In this document: in pieces, positions 1 through 9,829 of the stretch
Numbering within the stretch: the stretch's first letter is position 1
Layout of the letters: every line of letters begins with the position of its first letter
DNA from: Bosea sp. (in: a-proteobacteria)
Lineage (GTDB): Bacteria > Pseudomonadota > Alphaproteobacteria > Rhizobiales > Beijerinckiaceae
Length of the DNA stretch: 36,596 nucleotides
Direction: 5' to 3'
Assembly (NCBI GenBank): GCA_051648385.1
Contig: JBOFFB010000279.1
Span: 1 to 36,596, forward strand
Program-made: the position numbers and the translations under genes
The notes under the pieces: generated by a model
Told to the model about the DNA's origin: nothing
The model's database searches: none
What the model saw: only the letters and a program-made list of their open reading frames with translations

Positions 1-2
1 CC

Positions 3-935
3 GATGGCATGCTGACCGCTGATGATGTGGTGATGAACCCGCTGCCGGTGTTCCACTCGTTCGGCCTGACAGCTGCGACACTGATGCCGCTGCTCAACGG
101 CATGAAGACGGTGATGTACCCCACGCCGCTGCACTACAAGCAGGTTCCCAAGCTGATCGGCGAAACGGGCTGCACCGTGCTGTTCGGCACCGACACGTTC
201 CTGCAGGGCTATGCCCGCGCTTGCGACGAGGGCGACCTCAAAACCGTGCGCATCGTCATCGCAGGCGCGGAGCGCGTGAAGGACGAAACGCGTCGCATGT
301 GGGAGCCCTTCGGTGCCACCATCTGCGAGGGCTATGGCTGCACGGAATGCGCACCGGTTCTGGCCTGCAACACGCTTGGTGTAGGCGCCAAAGCAGGCTC
401 GGTCGGCCGCCTTTTGCCGGGCGTGACGTCGAAGCTTGAAAAGGTCGAGGGCATCGATACCGGTGGCAGGCTTTACGTGCAGGGGCCAAACATCATGCTG
501 GGTTACCTGCTGGCAGACCGGCCCAACGAAATCGTCGCGCCCGAAGGCGGCTGGCACGACACGGGAGACATCGTCGATCTCGATGAGGGCGGCTTCATCA
601 CCATCAAGGGCCGCGCCAAGCGCTTTGCCAAGCTCGGCGGCGAGATGATTTCGCTGGCAGCGGTGGAAAGCATGGTCTCGTCGGTCTGGCCCGGCCACAA
701 CCATGTGGTCGTGTCGCTGCCCGACCCGAGAAAGGGCGAGCAACTGGTGCTGGTGACGGAGAAGCCAAGCGGAGACCGCAAGGCACTGCTCAAGGAAGCG
801 CAGGCGCAGGGCTTCCCGGAACTGTGGATCCCGCGCGCCATCCTTGTCACGGCCACCATCCCCGTGCTCGGCTCCGGCAAGGTGGACTACGCCGCAACGC
901 GCGAACTGGCGCTGACAATGCGGTCGCTGTTGTAG
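3..935 (+). CDS. aas: C-terminal AMP-binding (acyl-ACP synthetase) domain of an Aas-like acyl-[ACP]-phospholipid O-acyltransferase; 5'-truncated by the window edge
   Basis: Frame is open from the window start. Motifs LPVFHSFGLT, YPTPLHY, GTDTFL, EGYGCTECAP, WHDTGD, RAKRFAKLGGEMISL and GSGKVDY are typical of Aas. Confidence 0.8.
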   Translation, partial: DGMLTADDVVMNPLPVFHSFGLTAATLMPLLNGMKTVMYPTPLHYKQVPKLIGETGCTVLFGTDTFLQGYARACDEGDLKTVRIVIAGAERVKDETRRMWEPFGATICEGYGCTECAPVLACNTLGVGAKAGSVGRLLPGVTSKLEKVEGIDTGGRLYVQGPNIMLGYLLADRPNEIVAPEGGWHDTGDIVDLDEGGFITIKGRAKRFAKLGGEMISLAAVESMVSSVWPGHNHVVVSLPDPRKGEQLVLVTEKPSGDRKALLKEAQAQGFPELWIPRAILVTATIPVLGSGKVDYAATRELALTMRSLL

Positions 936-1004
936 TCCCGGCGTCAAACACCCTTTTCAGGCGGCACGCCCTGCGCTACGCCTGAACAGTGGGCATCGGC
1001 TCTG

Positions 1005-1090
1005 GCGGACATGGCGAAACTGGTAGACGCAAGGGACTTAAAATCCCTCGGCCTTAAACCGTGCGGGTTCGACCCCCGCTGTCCGCACCA
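1005..1090 (+). tRNA. tRNA-Leu, anticodon TAA
   Basis: Acceptor stem GCGGACA/TGTCCGC plus ACCA end; D loop with TGGTA; anticodon arm AGGGA-CTTAAAA-TCCCT; long variable arm; T arm GCGGG-TTCGACC-CCCGC. Confidence 0.96.
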
Positions 1091-1182
1091 CATCTTTCAG
1101 ATTTCTATCGCTTGACTATCATATCTTGACAGCTCGCATTTGGCCGTCGCGGGCATGCGCAGGGCAGGAGATGATGGCGAGA

Positions 1183-1905
1183 TCAGCGCGAGTCAGTGTT
1201 GCCGCGCAGCGCAGCTCGCTGGATGATGCGGAAATTCGACGTGCTGTCTGGCTGCTCGAACAGCACCAGCGCATCGACATTCAGGCGCGCCGTGCCAATT
1301 TTGTTAGCCATGGTATCGGCGAGTCTGTCGGCGATTTCGTGGATGTCGGCGACGTCACCGCTCAATGTCATGTGAAAACGGTAATCCGGGCCGATGAAGG
1401 GGTAGCCGAATTGCTCCAGAGCCTCACGCTGGCGAGGGCTGAGATGCGCGGGCTTGCGCTTGGCTCGGTCCGCCTGCGTGAGCGGTGCCCGAAAATGATC
1501 AAACCCACGAACCGTGTCGAATTCAAGCTCAACCAGCGCCGGTGAGGGCAGCGTTTGCGTCAACGCAGCAAAGCCATGACCACCATCGTCCGCGATGCTG
1601 GTGACGGCCAGTGGCCCCAGATCGAAGGTATCGCGCGAGGCGGCAAAGGCGGAAAGTTCAGCCTGAAGATCGTCCCGGCACTGACCATCTGCCAGATGGA
1701 ATGGCGCTTTCAGGGTCGCGTGGAAACCATACAAGCGCGGTCGCATGGTGATTCTGCGCCAGGTTGCGGGCTCAATCCCGTCAGGCGAAAAGCCGTGAAC
1801 GTCCTGCCCGCTGGCGGCATCATGTCCCAATACGCTAGAGCCAAACTCCCAGAGAGGGGTGCACGAAGGCGGCGCAAGATAGATGGCATAGCGTGGTTGG
1901 GACAT
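1183..1905 (-). CDS. DUF1045 family phosphonate-metabolism protein (putative 2H phosphoesterase)
   Basis: N-terminal RYAIY..P, then RLYGFHATLKAPF and FGYPF...RFHMTLSG (two HxT motifs); last gene of the phn operon. Confidence 0.85.
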   Translation of the reverse strand: MSQPRYAIYLAPPSCTPLWEFGSSVLGHDAASGQDVHGFSPDGIEPATWRRITMRPRLYGFHATLKAPFHLADGQCRDDLQAELSAFAASRDTFDLGPLAVTSIADDGGHGFAALTQTLPSPALVELEFDTVRGFDHFRAPLTQADRAKRKPAHLSPRQREALEQFGYPFIGPDYRFHMTLSGDVADIHEIADRLADTMANKIGTARLNVDALVLFEQPDSTSNFRIIQRAALRGNTDSR

Positions 1906-1914
1906 GTTCGGTCG

Positions 1915-2526
1915 CTATGCCGGCAAGACGGACTTGAGCACCGAGACGAACGTGACGATGCTGTTCTCCAGCGCGCCGTCATTCTCGATACGGATATCCG
2001 CCTCGACGGCCTGGTCCTTCAGAAGGGCGCGGGCAAGTCGGCCTTCACGCTGGTCAGCGGGCTCGCGTCCGCGTTGCTCCAGCCGCGCAGCCAGCGTCTG
2101 GGCGGACGCCGTGACATGCACGACGAGTGTCCGCGGAAAGCGGCCACGGATCACACTTGTCATGTCACGCGAAACATTGGCGACGATCACATGGCCACGT
2201 TCGAAATCGTCGAGCAACGATGCCGGCAAGCCGTAATCGAGCCCATTCGCCGACCACCACAGGGCAAAGCCACCACTCTCCGCCCGCAAACGAAATGCCA
2301 GCGGCGTGGCACTCTCGTAAGGCTCACTGGCATCGGCGGGCCTGGTGATGACACGCCGCGCGAACACCACCCGTTCATCGTTGGCAAAGGCAGCTCTCGC
2401 GCCCGCAATCAGGCTATCCTTGCCAGCACCGCTCGGGCCAGCCACGGCGACGAAGATGCCCGTGCCGGACTTCAGGACCGGAGCAGTCGGCACAACCGCC
2501 AGATGCCGCGCATCATGTTCCATCAT
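1915..2526 (-). CDS. phnN: Ribose 1,5-bisphosphate phosphokinase PhnN
   Basis: GPSGAGKDS P-loop, RRVITRP, W.ANGLDYG, ANVSR. Start moved to the ATG immediately after the phnM stop. Confidence 0.9.
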   Translation of the reverse strand: MMEHDARHLAVVPTAPVLKSGTGIFVAVAGPSGAGKDSLIAGARAAFANDERVVFARRVITRPADASEPYESATPLAFRLRAESGGFALWWSANGLDYGLPASLLDDFERGHVIVANVSRDMTSVIRGRFPRTLVVHVTASAQTLAARLEQRGREPADQREGRLARALLKDQAVEADIRIENDGALENSIVTFVSVLKSVLPA

Positions 2527-2527
2527 C

Positions 2528-3679
2528 TCACGCCACGCGCTCGCCACAGCGCCAGACAGTGCGGACAACCGGCGTTCCAGACACCGTTGTGACGCGGATC
2601 AGATCAGCACGCTTGCCGACAGCGACCACGCCGCGATCATCCAGCCCGAGCGCACGCGCCGGGTTTCGTGTGACAAGGTTGATGGCACCCGGCAGTCCAT
2701 CAAGCCCCTTGCAATCCGCCAGATGAAACGCCCCAAGCAGCAGGCTGGCAGGAACATAGTCCGACGACAGCATGTCGAGCAAGCCGGCATCCGCCAGGTC
2801 CCGCGCCGCGACATTGCCCGAATGTGAGCCGCCGCGCACCACATTGGGCGCACCCATCACCGTCGCCATGCCTGCGCCCTGCGAGGCTTCGGCCGCCTCA
2901 AGCGTCGTTGGAAACTCCGCGATGCTGACTTTCTGCTCGACAGACTCGCGAACCTCTTCGAGCGTCGTGTCATCATGGCTGGCAAGGGCGATCCCTGCCT
3001 TGTGTGCAATCTCGACCACCATGGGCCGATACATGGCCGCGCGCTCGGAGCCCACGAGTTGACGCCGCTTGACGACCGCTTGCACTTCTTCGGGCGATTT
3101 ACCGGTCCGGCCGCCGTAGTAGATGAAATATTTCTCGATATCGCGGAACTGGCGCTGGCCCGGCGTGTGATCCATCAGCGAGATGAGATCCACCGGGAAA
3201 CGCGCCATGTAAGCGCCCAGCGCCTCCACGACATCGAGCGTGGGCACTTCGCAGCGCAGGTGTGTGCGATGATCGACGCGCAAGGTGTCGCTGACGCGCG
3301 CTCGCGCCAAGGCCTCGGCAAGCTGGATCGTGGTGGATGTCACCGACTCCGCCCGCGTCTCATGTTCGTCCGTGCCGATGCGCAGGCTGTCGAACACAGT
3401 GGTGATGCCAGATGTCGCGATCTGCCCGTCATAGGCCTGAACCGCACTGTCGACATGCCACATCACCTTCGGGCGCGGGATGAAATGCGCTTCGAGATTG
3501 TCGGTGTGGATCTCGACGAGGCCTGGCAGCAGAAAATCACCGCCAAGATCGATGCCCTTCTCGGGCGCAGTGCCTTTGCCGATCTCGCTGATGAGGCCGT
3601 TCTCGATCACGACATAACCACGGAAACGGTCATCGCTGGTGACGATCTCGGCGTTGGAGAGTATCCGGAGATCGCTCAT
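2528..3679 (-). CDS. phnM: Alpha-D-ribose 1-methylphosphonate 5-triphosphate diphosphatase PhnM
   Basis: [56 protein letters not shown]. Confidence 0.95.
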   Translation of the reverse strand: MSDLRILSNAEIVTSDDRFRGYVVIENGLISEIGKGTAPEKGIDLGGDFLLPGLVEIHTDNLEAHFIPRPKVMWHVDSAVQAYDGQIATSGITTVFDSLRIGTDEHETRAESVTSTTIQLAEALARARVSDTLRVDHRTHLRCEVPTLDVVEALGAYMARFPVDLISLMDHTPGQRQFRDIEKYFIYYGGRTGKSPEEVQAVVKRRQLVGSERAAMYRPMVVEIAHKAGIALASHDDTTLEEVRESVEQKVSIAEFPTTLEAAEASQGAGMATVMGAPNVVRGGSHSGNVAARDLADAGLLDMLSSDYVPASLLLGAFHLADCKGLDGLPGAINLVTRNPARALGLDDRGVVAVGKRADLIRVTTVSGTPVVRTVWRCGERVA

Positions 3680-4326
3680 GTGCGGGCCTCGTAACGGGTC
3701 AGGAATTCATCGATGGGCAAAGCGCGGAAATCATCGAGCGCATCGCGGAGTGCTGAATGGCTCCAGTCCCACCAGGCCAGACGATCAAGCCGCACGCCGG
3801 TCGCGGCATCGAAGCGCTCACGGATCAGGCGTGCCGGAACACCGCCGACAATCGTGTAAGGCGCGACATCCTTCGAGACAACCGCGCCAGCGCCGATCAC
3901 CGCACCATTGCCGACGGTGACGCCCGGCAGCACAGTTGCGCCATGGCCGATCCAGACATCGTGACCGATGGTGACAGCGTTCTGACGGCGCCAGTCGAAA
4001 AACTCATCTTCGTGCGCAGCGTCCTCCCAATAATCCGCTGCGCGATAAGTGAAGTGGTGCAGCGTGGCGCGCCAGATCGGGTGGTTTGTCGCATTCAGCC
4101 GAACATGACTGGCCATGTTCACGAACTTGCCGATCGTCGCGGTCCAGACTTCGCACTCGCGCATCATGTAGGAATAATCGCCAACGCTGCTGTCAGTCAC
4201 CGTGCAACGTTCCGCAATCTCGGTATAACGCCCGATCGTGCAGCCATTGACGCTGGCCGTCGGATGGACCAGCGGCGCCGCCGACAGGCGCGTGGCACGC
4301 AGACCAAGTTTGGCTTCGGCGTTCAT
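3676..4326 (-). CDS. Hexapeptide-repeat (Xat/CAT-like) acetyltransferase associated with phn clusters
   Basis: [31 protein letters not shown] left-handed beta-helix repeats, NHP...HHFTYR; ATGA overlaps with phnL and phnM. Confidence 0.85.
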   Translation of the reverse strand: MNAEAKLGLRATRLSAAPLVHPTASVNGCTIGRYTEIAERCTVTDSSVGDYSYMMRECEVWTATIGKFVNMASHVRLNATNHPIWRATLHHFTYRAADYWEDAAHEDEFFDWRRQNAVTIGHDVWIGHGATVLPGVTVGNGAVIGAGAVVSKDVAPYTIVGGVPARLIRERFDAATGVRLDRLAWWDWSHSALRDALDDFRALPIDEFLTRYEART

Positions 4327-5042
4327 GCGGCTTCCCGCGCGGCAAAACTAGAGACGTCGATGACGCGGTCTGCAACCCGGGCACGCACCTCCTCGTCATG
4401 GAAAATGCCGACGAAGGCCGTGCCGCTGGCCTTGCGCTGCGCCATCAGTTCGATCACCGCCTCGCGATTGGCAGCGTCAAGCGATGCGGTCGGCTCATCC
4501 AGAATGAGGATCGAGTGCTCGCCTGCAAACCCGCGCGCAATGTTGACGCGCTGCTGTTCGCCGCCTGAGAACGTTGCGGGCGGCAGTTTCCAGAGACGCT
4601 CGGGCAGGTTGAGAGCCTGCAACAGTCCAGCCGCGCGGCTCAGCGCCGCCGCGCGCGTGACGCCGCCCGCCATCGCGGGTTCGGCGACAATTTCGAGCGC
4701 CGGGACACGCGGAATGACGCGCAGGAACTGGCTGACATAGCCCAGCGTGCGCCGCCTGATATCAAGAATGGTGCGCGGCTCCGCGCCGACGATATCAACC
4801 ATCTCAATGCCATGACGCACCCGGATATGGCCATCGCCGGCAAGATAGTTGCCGTAGAGCATTTTCAGGATCGACGACTTGCCCGCGCCAGATGGTCCAC
4901 CCAGGACAACGCATTCGCCCGCGTGCACGACAAAGCCGACATTCGACACGACCGGCAGGCGCGTGCCGCCATGCATGTGCAAGGTGAAGCTCTTGCCGAG
5001 GTCCTCGACGCTGACAGCCACTCGGTTCGGAAGATAACTCAT
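4323..5042 (-). CDS. phnL: C-P lyase system ATPase PhnL
   Basis: [49 protein letters not shown]. Confidence 0.95.
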   Translation of the reverse strand: MSYLPNRVAVSVEDLGKSFTLHMHGGTRLPVVSNVGFVVHAGECVVLGGPSGAGKSSILKMLYGNYLAGDGHIRVRHGIEMVDIVGAEPRTILDIRRRTLGYVSQFLRVIPRVPALEIVAEPAMAGGVTRAAALSRAAGLLQALNLPERLWKLPPATFSGGEQQRVNIARGFAGEHSILILDEPTASLDAANREAVIELMAQRKASGTAFVGIFHDEEVRARVADRVIDVSSFAAREAA

Positions 5043-5824
5043 GCCGCAAGCACCGAAGACACCAGAAGTTGTGTGTAGGGAGCCTGCGGATCATCAAGCA
5101 CACGGTCAGTCAGGCCACTCTCGATCACATGACCGTCCTTCATCACGATGATGCGGTGGGACAGAAGACGCGCCACGGCAAGATCATGGGTGACAAGGAC
5201 CACGGCAAGTCCAAGGTCCGCAACCAGTCCGCGAATGAGGTCAAGCAGCCGTGCCTGCACCGAAACATCCAGACCGCCCGTCGGCTCGTCCATGAACACA
5301 AGGCGTGGGCTGGTGACGAGATTGCGTGCGATCTGCAAACGCTGGCGCATGCCACCCGAATAGGCCGTTGGTTTGTCGTCGATACGGTCGACACCGATTT
5401 CGACGCGGGTGAGCCAGCCAGCCGCCGTATCGCGGATGTTGCCATAATGGCGATCGCCGATGGCCATCAACCGTTCGCCGATATTGCCGCCGGCAGAGAC
5501 ATTCATACGCAGGCCTAGCGCTGCATCCTGATGCACGAAACCCCAATCGGTACGGGCTAGCAGCCTGCGTTCCGCCTCGGACATCTGCGCAAGATCACGC
5601 AGGACACCATCGCGCATACGATAGCGCACCGAACCGGAATCCGGCCCAAGCCGCCCCGAAAGCAGGTTGAGCAAAGTAGATTTGCCAGAACCTGATTCTC
5701 CAACGATGGCCAGAACCTCGCCGGCGTCGACGCTCAACGAAACGAACTGGCATGCCGGGCGGCCACCATAGCTTTTCGAAAGCGACCAAGCTTCGAGCAG
5801 AGGTATGTGGGCAGCACCGCTCAT
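5039..5824 (-). CDS. phnK: C-P lyase system ATPase PhnK
   Basis: GESGSGKS, RTDWGFVHQ, GLRMNVSAGGNIGERLM, GLTDRVLDDPQAPYTQLLVSS. Confidence 0.95.
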   Translation of the reverse strand: MSGAAHIPLLEAWSLSKSYGGRPACQFVSLSVDAGEVLAIVGESGSGKSTLLNLLSGRLGPDSGSVRYRMRDGVLRDLAQMSEAERRLLARTDWGFVHQDAALGLRMNVSAGGNIGERLMAIGDRHYGNIRDTAAGWLTRVEIGVDRIDDKPTAYSGGMRQRLQIARNLVTSPRLVFMDEPTGGLDVSVQARLLDLIRGLVADLGLAVVLVTHDLAVARLLSHRIIVMKDGHVIESGLTDRVLDDPQAPYTQLLVSSVLAA

Positions 5825-6729
5825 TCCGCAGCCTCCCGCGATGGCGTATTCTCAGGCACATCAGCCAGCATCGCACCGCGATGGCCCTTGGAACGCCTGT
5901 CCTCGCAATAGTCGGTATCGGAACAGACATACATCCGCCCGCCCCGGTCATCGGTGACCACCTCGTCGAGATAGCTCTCGGTCGCGGCGCAGAGCGCACA
6001 AGGCGCATTGAACTTGTTGCGCTCGAAGGGATGATCCTCGAAATCCAGCGACACCACCTTGGTGTGCGGCGGGATGGCGTAGATGCGCTTTTCGCGACCC
6101 GCGCCAAACAATTGCAAGGCCGGGCAGTCATCCATCTTGGGATTGTCGAACTTGGGAATCGGCGAAGGATCCATCACATAGCGGCCCGCAACTTCGACCG
6201 GGTAGTCGTATGCAGTGGCAATATGGCCATGGCGCGCGATGTCTTCATAGAGCTTGACGTGCATCAGGCCGTATTCGGACAGCGCATGCATGGTCCGGGT
6301 TTCGGTCTCGCGCGGCTCGAGGAAACGCAATGGTTCAGGGATCGGCACCTGGTAGACCAGCACCTGGTCTCGCTTCAAGGCAGCCTCGGGAATGCGGTGG
6401 CGGGTCTGGATGATGGTGGCCTCCGCAGTTGCAGTGGTCACGGCGACATTCGCGGTCTTGGCGAAAAAAGCGCGGATCGAGACGGCGTTGGTGGTGTCGT
6501 CAGCGCCCTGATCGATGACCTTGAGCACATCATCCGGCCCGAGGATCGCAGCCGTGACCTGAACCCCACCCGTTCCCCAGCCATAGGGCATCGGCATCTC
6601 GCGGCTGGCGAACGGCACCTGGTAGCCCGGAATGGCGATGGCCTTGAGGATGGCGCGGCGGATCATCCGCTTGGTCTGCTCATCGAGATAGGCGAAATTA
6701 TAAGGTGTGCTCATGGCGGAACTGGTCAT
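5821..6729 (-). CDS. phnJ: Alpha-D-ribose 1-methylphosphonate 5-phosphate C-P lyase PhnJ (radical SAM)
   Basis: YNFAYLDEQTKRMIRRA, PGYQVPF (radical Gly), GWGTGG, CALC-x21-CSDTDYC cysteine set. Confidence 0.97.
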   Translation of the reverse strand: MTSSAMSTPYNFAYLDEQTKRMIRRAILKAIAIPGYQVPFASREMPMPYGWGTGGVQVTAAILGPDDVLKVIDQGADDTTNAVSIRAFFAKTANVAVTTATAEATIIQTRHRIPEAALKRDQVLVYQVPIPEPLRFLEPRETETRTMHALSEYGLMHVKLYEDIARHGHIATAYDYPVEVAGRYVMDPSPIPKFDNPKMDDCPALQLFGAGREKRIYAIPPHTKVVSLDFEDHPFERNKFNAPCALCAATESYLDEVVTDDRGGRMYVCSDTDYCEDRRSKGHRGAMLADVPENTPSREAAE

Positions 6730-7832
6730 TCTGCTGCCTCCGCCTGCTGCATCCCGGCAAGACGGGTGGTAACCTCGTCACGCATCTGGCGCAGCATGGC
6801 GATTTCAGCCTGGAAATCGACATAGTGTGGCAGCTTGAGATGTTCGACGAAGCCGGTCGCCTGAACATTGTCGGAATGCGACAGCACGAACTCCTCATCC
6901 TGTGCTGGGCCCTTGCGCTCCTCGTCGAATTCGTCGGCCCGCAGCGCGCGGTCAACCAGCGCCATCGACATGGCCTTGCGCTCGCAATGACCGAACCCGA
7001 GCCCGTAGCCACGCGTGAACCGGGGCAACTCAGTCAACGAGCCCTTGAACTGGTTGACCATCTGGCATTCGGTGACGGTGATATCGCCGAGCGACACCGC
7101 AAAGCCGAGGTCCTCGTTCAGCATCTCGACCTCGACCTCACCCATGCGGACTTCGCCGACAAACGGGTGGGTGCGGCCATAGCCGCGCTGCGTCGAATAG
7201 CCAAGCGCCAGCAAAAAACCCTCGTCGCCACGCGCAAGGTTCTGCAGGCGCAGGTCACGATCGGCGGGAAAACCGAGCGGATCGCGCGTCAGGTCACCGA
7301 CGGGCTGGCCGTCCGCAGGCGCAGGGTTCGCCTCGATCATGTCCTCGGCACCAATGATGTCAGTGACACGCAGCATGCGCTCGTCATCACTTGCAGGCGC
7401 TGTTGCAGGCGCCTCGCCTTCGTCATCGTTTTCCAGCGCGAAATCGATCAACCGATGGGTGTAGTCGAATGTGGGCCCCAGCACCTGCCCGCCTGGCAAA
7501 TCCTTGTAAGTTGCCGAGATGCGGCGACGTACCTGCATGACGGCAGTGTCGAGCGGCTCCGAAAAGCCGAAACGCGGCAAGGTCGTGCGGTAGGCACGCA
7601 CGAGGAAGATGGCCTCGATCAGGTCGCCGCGCGCCTGCTTGATGGCGAGTGCGGCCAGCTTGCGGTCGTAAAGCGAGCCCTCGGTCATGACCCGGTCAAC
7701 GGCAAGCGAGAGTTGTTCGTCGATCTGGTCAACCCCAAGTTCCGGCACGGCTTTGTTGCCGCGACGCTTGTCGGCCAGAAGCCTGTGTGCATTGGCGATG
7801 GCACGCTCGCCGCCCTTGACCGCGACATACAT
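6726..7832 (-). CDS. phnI: C-P lyase complex subunit PhnI
   Basis: MYVAVKGGERAI, RRISATYKDLPGGQVLGPTFDYTHRL, GFVEHLKLPHYVDFQ. Confidence 0.97.
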   Translation of the reverse strand: MYVAVKGGERAIANAHRLLADKRRGNKAVPELGVDQIDEQLSLAVDRVMTEGSLYDRKLAALAIKQARGDLIEAIFLVRAYRTTLPRFGFSEPLDTAVMQVRRRISATYKDLPGGQVLGPTFDYTHRLIDFALENDDEGEAPATAPASDDERMLRVTDIIGAEDMIEANPAPADGQPVGDLTRDPLGFPADRDLRLQNLARGDEGFLLALGYSTQRGYGRTHPFVGEVRMGEVEVEMLNEDLGFAVSLGDITVTECQMVNQFKGSLTELPRFTRGYGLGFGHCERKAMSMALVDRALRADEFDEERKGPAQDEEFVLSHSDNVQATGFVEHLKLPHYVDFQAEIAMLRQMRDEVTTRLAGMQQAEAAE

Positions 7833-8446
7833 CAGACAGCCTCCCCGACGATGCGCGTGCTGCGTGGCAGGCCGACGATCCGGTCAGGCGCGGCGAAAAC
7901 GATATCAACACCGAGCGGGAAACCGGCACGATTGGCAGCCCACTGCGCAGCGAAACCAGCGGGCAACGAGGCAACGCGCAATTCCGAAACCTTCGCGATG
8001 CCGGGACCAGAGATGGTCACTGCGACACCGCTCTCGACACTGGCGCAGCAGGCGATGATGGTTGTCGACCGGTCAGGATATTCGGCGGTGCCTTGGGCAA
8101 AGCTCCCCAGATCAAGTGGGTCATGGGCAAGATCCAGCACCGCAAATGCCGCACGCGACGGCTCCGGCACCAGTTGTGCACCACTGTGAAAACGCAGAAA
8201 CTCGGCTGCGCCTGGTAAACCCGCAACATGCGGCGACAGATAAAGGGTCGTCTCGAAATCGCACATTGCCAGGATGATGGCGGCGGCTGATGGCAGCAGC
8301 GGGACCTCCGCAGGCATCTCGACACCTGACGGACGGGTACGCCCCGGGCTGGCCAGCGCCTCCATCACGCCACGAAAGGCGGATTGGCTGTCAAAAACCG
8401 GATCGGCAAAGCCGGGCGCGAGCAAGCGGGACGCAGTCATCGTCAT
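7832..8446 (-). CDS. phnH: C-P lyase system protein PhnH
   Basis: PGFADPVFDSQSAFR, LRFHSGA, GTAEYPDRSTT, FPLGVD, GLPRST. Start moved to the ATG just after the phnG stop. Confidence 0.93.
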   Translation of the reverse strand: MTMTASRLLAPGFADPVFDSQSAFRGVMEALASPGRTRPSGVEMPAEVPLLPSAAAIILAMCDFETTLYLSPHVAGLPGAAEFLRFHSGAQLVPEPSRAAFAVLDLAHDPLDLGSFAQGTAEYPDRSTTIIACCASVESGVAVTISGPGIAKVSELRVASLPAGFAAQWAANRAGFPLGVDIVFAAPDRIVGLPRSTRIVGEAV

Positions 8447-8447
8447 C

Positions 8448-8954
8448 TCAGGTATCTCCCCGTACCAGCGTGAAGAAATCGACCCGTGTCGCTGCCGTCT
8501 CGGCCTTGGCCTTGGCTTTCTCGCTGACCAGACGATTGCGGATCGGCTCGAGGATTTCGCGCTCGACCACGGCGCGCTCAGCCTCGACCTGCCAGAGCGC
8601 ATCTGCGATGGCGGCGAGACGCGCCAGTTTCTGGTTGCGGCCCAGCATCTGGCCATTACCACGCTGGCCACCAGCAAGTTCTACCACGCAGCGGGTCACG
8701 GTCGCTTCACCAAGATTGAACGCAGCGCCGTCACCACCCATCCGGCCGCGCAGCATGGCAAGCCCGATCTCGGGCTTCTTCAGTTCGCGGACAGCAAGCT
8801 CGGGCCAGTTCCGCGCCACAGGGCCGACGAGTTCCAGCTCGGTCGCTCGTGCGAGAAGGGCAAGTGCGCCCTTTCGGGCCGATGATGGTGGTGTTCGATC
8901 CGACATGGCTTCGGAGGTGCCAAGTGCAGATGACACGGATGTGACAGAATTCAC
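8448..8954 (-). CDS. phnG: C-P lyase system protein PhnG
   Basis: PEIGLAMLRGRMGGDGAAFNLGEATVTRC, ATRVDFFTLVRG. Start is either GTG 8954 (GTGA overlap with the phnE stop) or ATG 8906. Confidence 0.93.
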   Translation of the reverse strand: MNSVTSVSSALGTSEAMSDRTPPSSARKGALALLARATELELVGPVARNWPELAVRELKKPEIGLAMLRGRMGGDGAAFNLGEATVTRCVVELAGGQRGNGQMLGRNQKLARLAAIADALWQVEAERAVVEREILEPIRNRLVSEKAKAKAETAATRVDFFTLVRGDT

Positions 8955-9829
8955 AGCCTGCCAGTCCTTTCACCAACAATGGCAAGCCTCAGGCGCGACG
9001 ATATCAAGTCGATCACCGCGACCGTGACCAGGATCATCAGGATGATGAACGCCACTTTGTCCCATTCGTACGTACGGATCATCTCGGCGAGATAAAGACC
9101 GATGCCGCCGGCACCAACGATTCCGATGATGGTCGCTGAGCGCGTGTTCGATTCGAAATAGTACAGGATCTGGCTGAGCAGGACCGGCATGACTTGCGGC
9201 ACGATACCGAAGCGGATTGCATGCCAACGCGAGCCCCCGGTCGAGACCACGCCCTCGCTGGGCCGGCGATCCACGGCTTCGATGGCCTCGGAATAGAGTT
9301 TCGAGAACGAGCCGATGTCACTCGTCATGATCGCAAGGACGCCTGCAAACGGACCAAGGCCGACCACATTGATCCAGATCAGCGCCCAGATCAGCGTGTC
9401 GACGCCGCGGATCGAGTCAGACACGCGGCGACTGAAGAACTGCACGATCCGGTTGGTCATCACATTGCGCGCTGCCAGGAAGCCAAGCGGAATCGAGATG
9501 ATGGCAGCAAGCAGCGTCCCCAGAAAGGCAATCGCCACGGTTTCCGCGAGCGCCTTGAGCAATGCCGACAATTGCCCGCCCGGCGAAGGCGGTATCATCA
9601 GGCTGAGGAAGGTGCCGAGCTGGACGATGCCGGAGCCCAGTCGAGCAAACGAGAATTCGAGCCTCAGGATCGCGAAAAGTGCGAGCCCGACGATTCCGGC
9701 CACAACAGCCATGGTGATCAGGGAGTTGCGCCGCGACCCGGCGATCAGAGCGCCGTGGCGTGCCTTCACATCGGACTGATCGGGGAACAAAGTGCGCTTG
9801 CGGCTTTGTGCGGTCATGTCGTTCCTCAC
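8951..9829 (-). CDS. phnE: Phosphonate ABC permease PhnE (second copy)
   Basis: VGLGPFAGVLA, KLYSEAIE, YFESNTRSATIIGIVGAGGIG. Confidence 0.92.
   Translation of the reverse strand: MRNDMTAQSRKRTLFPDQSDVKARHGALIAGSRRNSLITMAVVAGIVGLALFAILRLEFSFARLGSGIVQLGTFLSLMIPPSPGGQLSALLKALAETVAIAFLGTLLAAIISIPLGFLAARNVMTNRIVQFFSRRVSDSIRGVDTLIWALIWINVVGLGPFAGVLAIMTSDIGSFSKLYSEAIEAVDRRPSEGVVSTGGSRWHAIRFGIVPQVMPVLLSQILYYFESNTRSATIIGIVGAGGIGLYLAEMIRTYEWDKVAFIILMILVTVAVIDLISSRLRLAIVGERTGRL

Noticed and set aside
3676-4326. Antibiotic-resistance acetyltransferase (catB/vat)
   Set aside because: Translationally coupled inside the phn operon; shares only the fold.
1555-8189. Long + strand ORFs (345, 327, 357 and 494 aa) opposite the phn genes
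   Set aside because: Antisense shadows of GC-rich genes; no recognisable motifs; the minus-strand genes fully explain the region.
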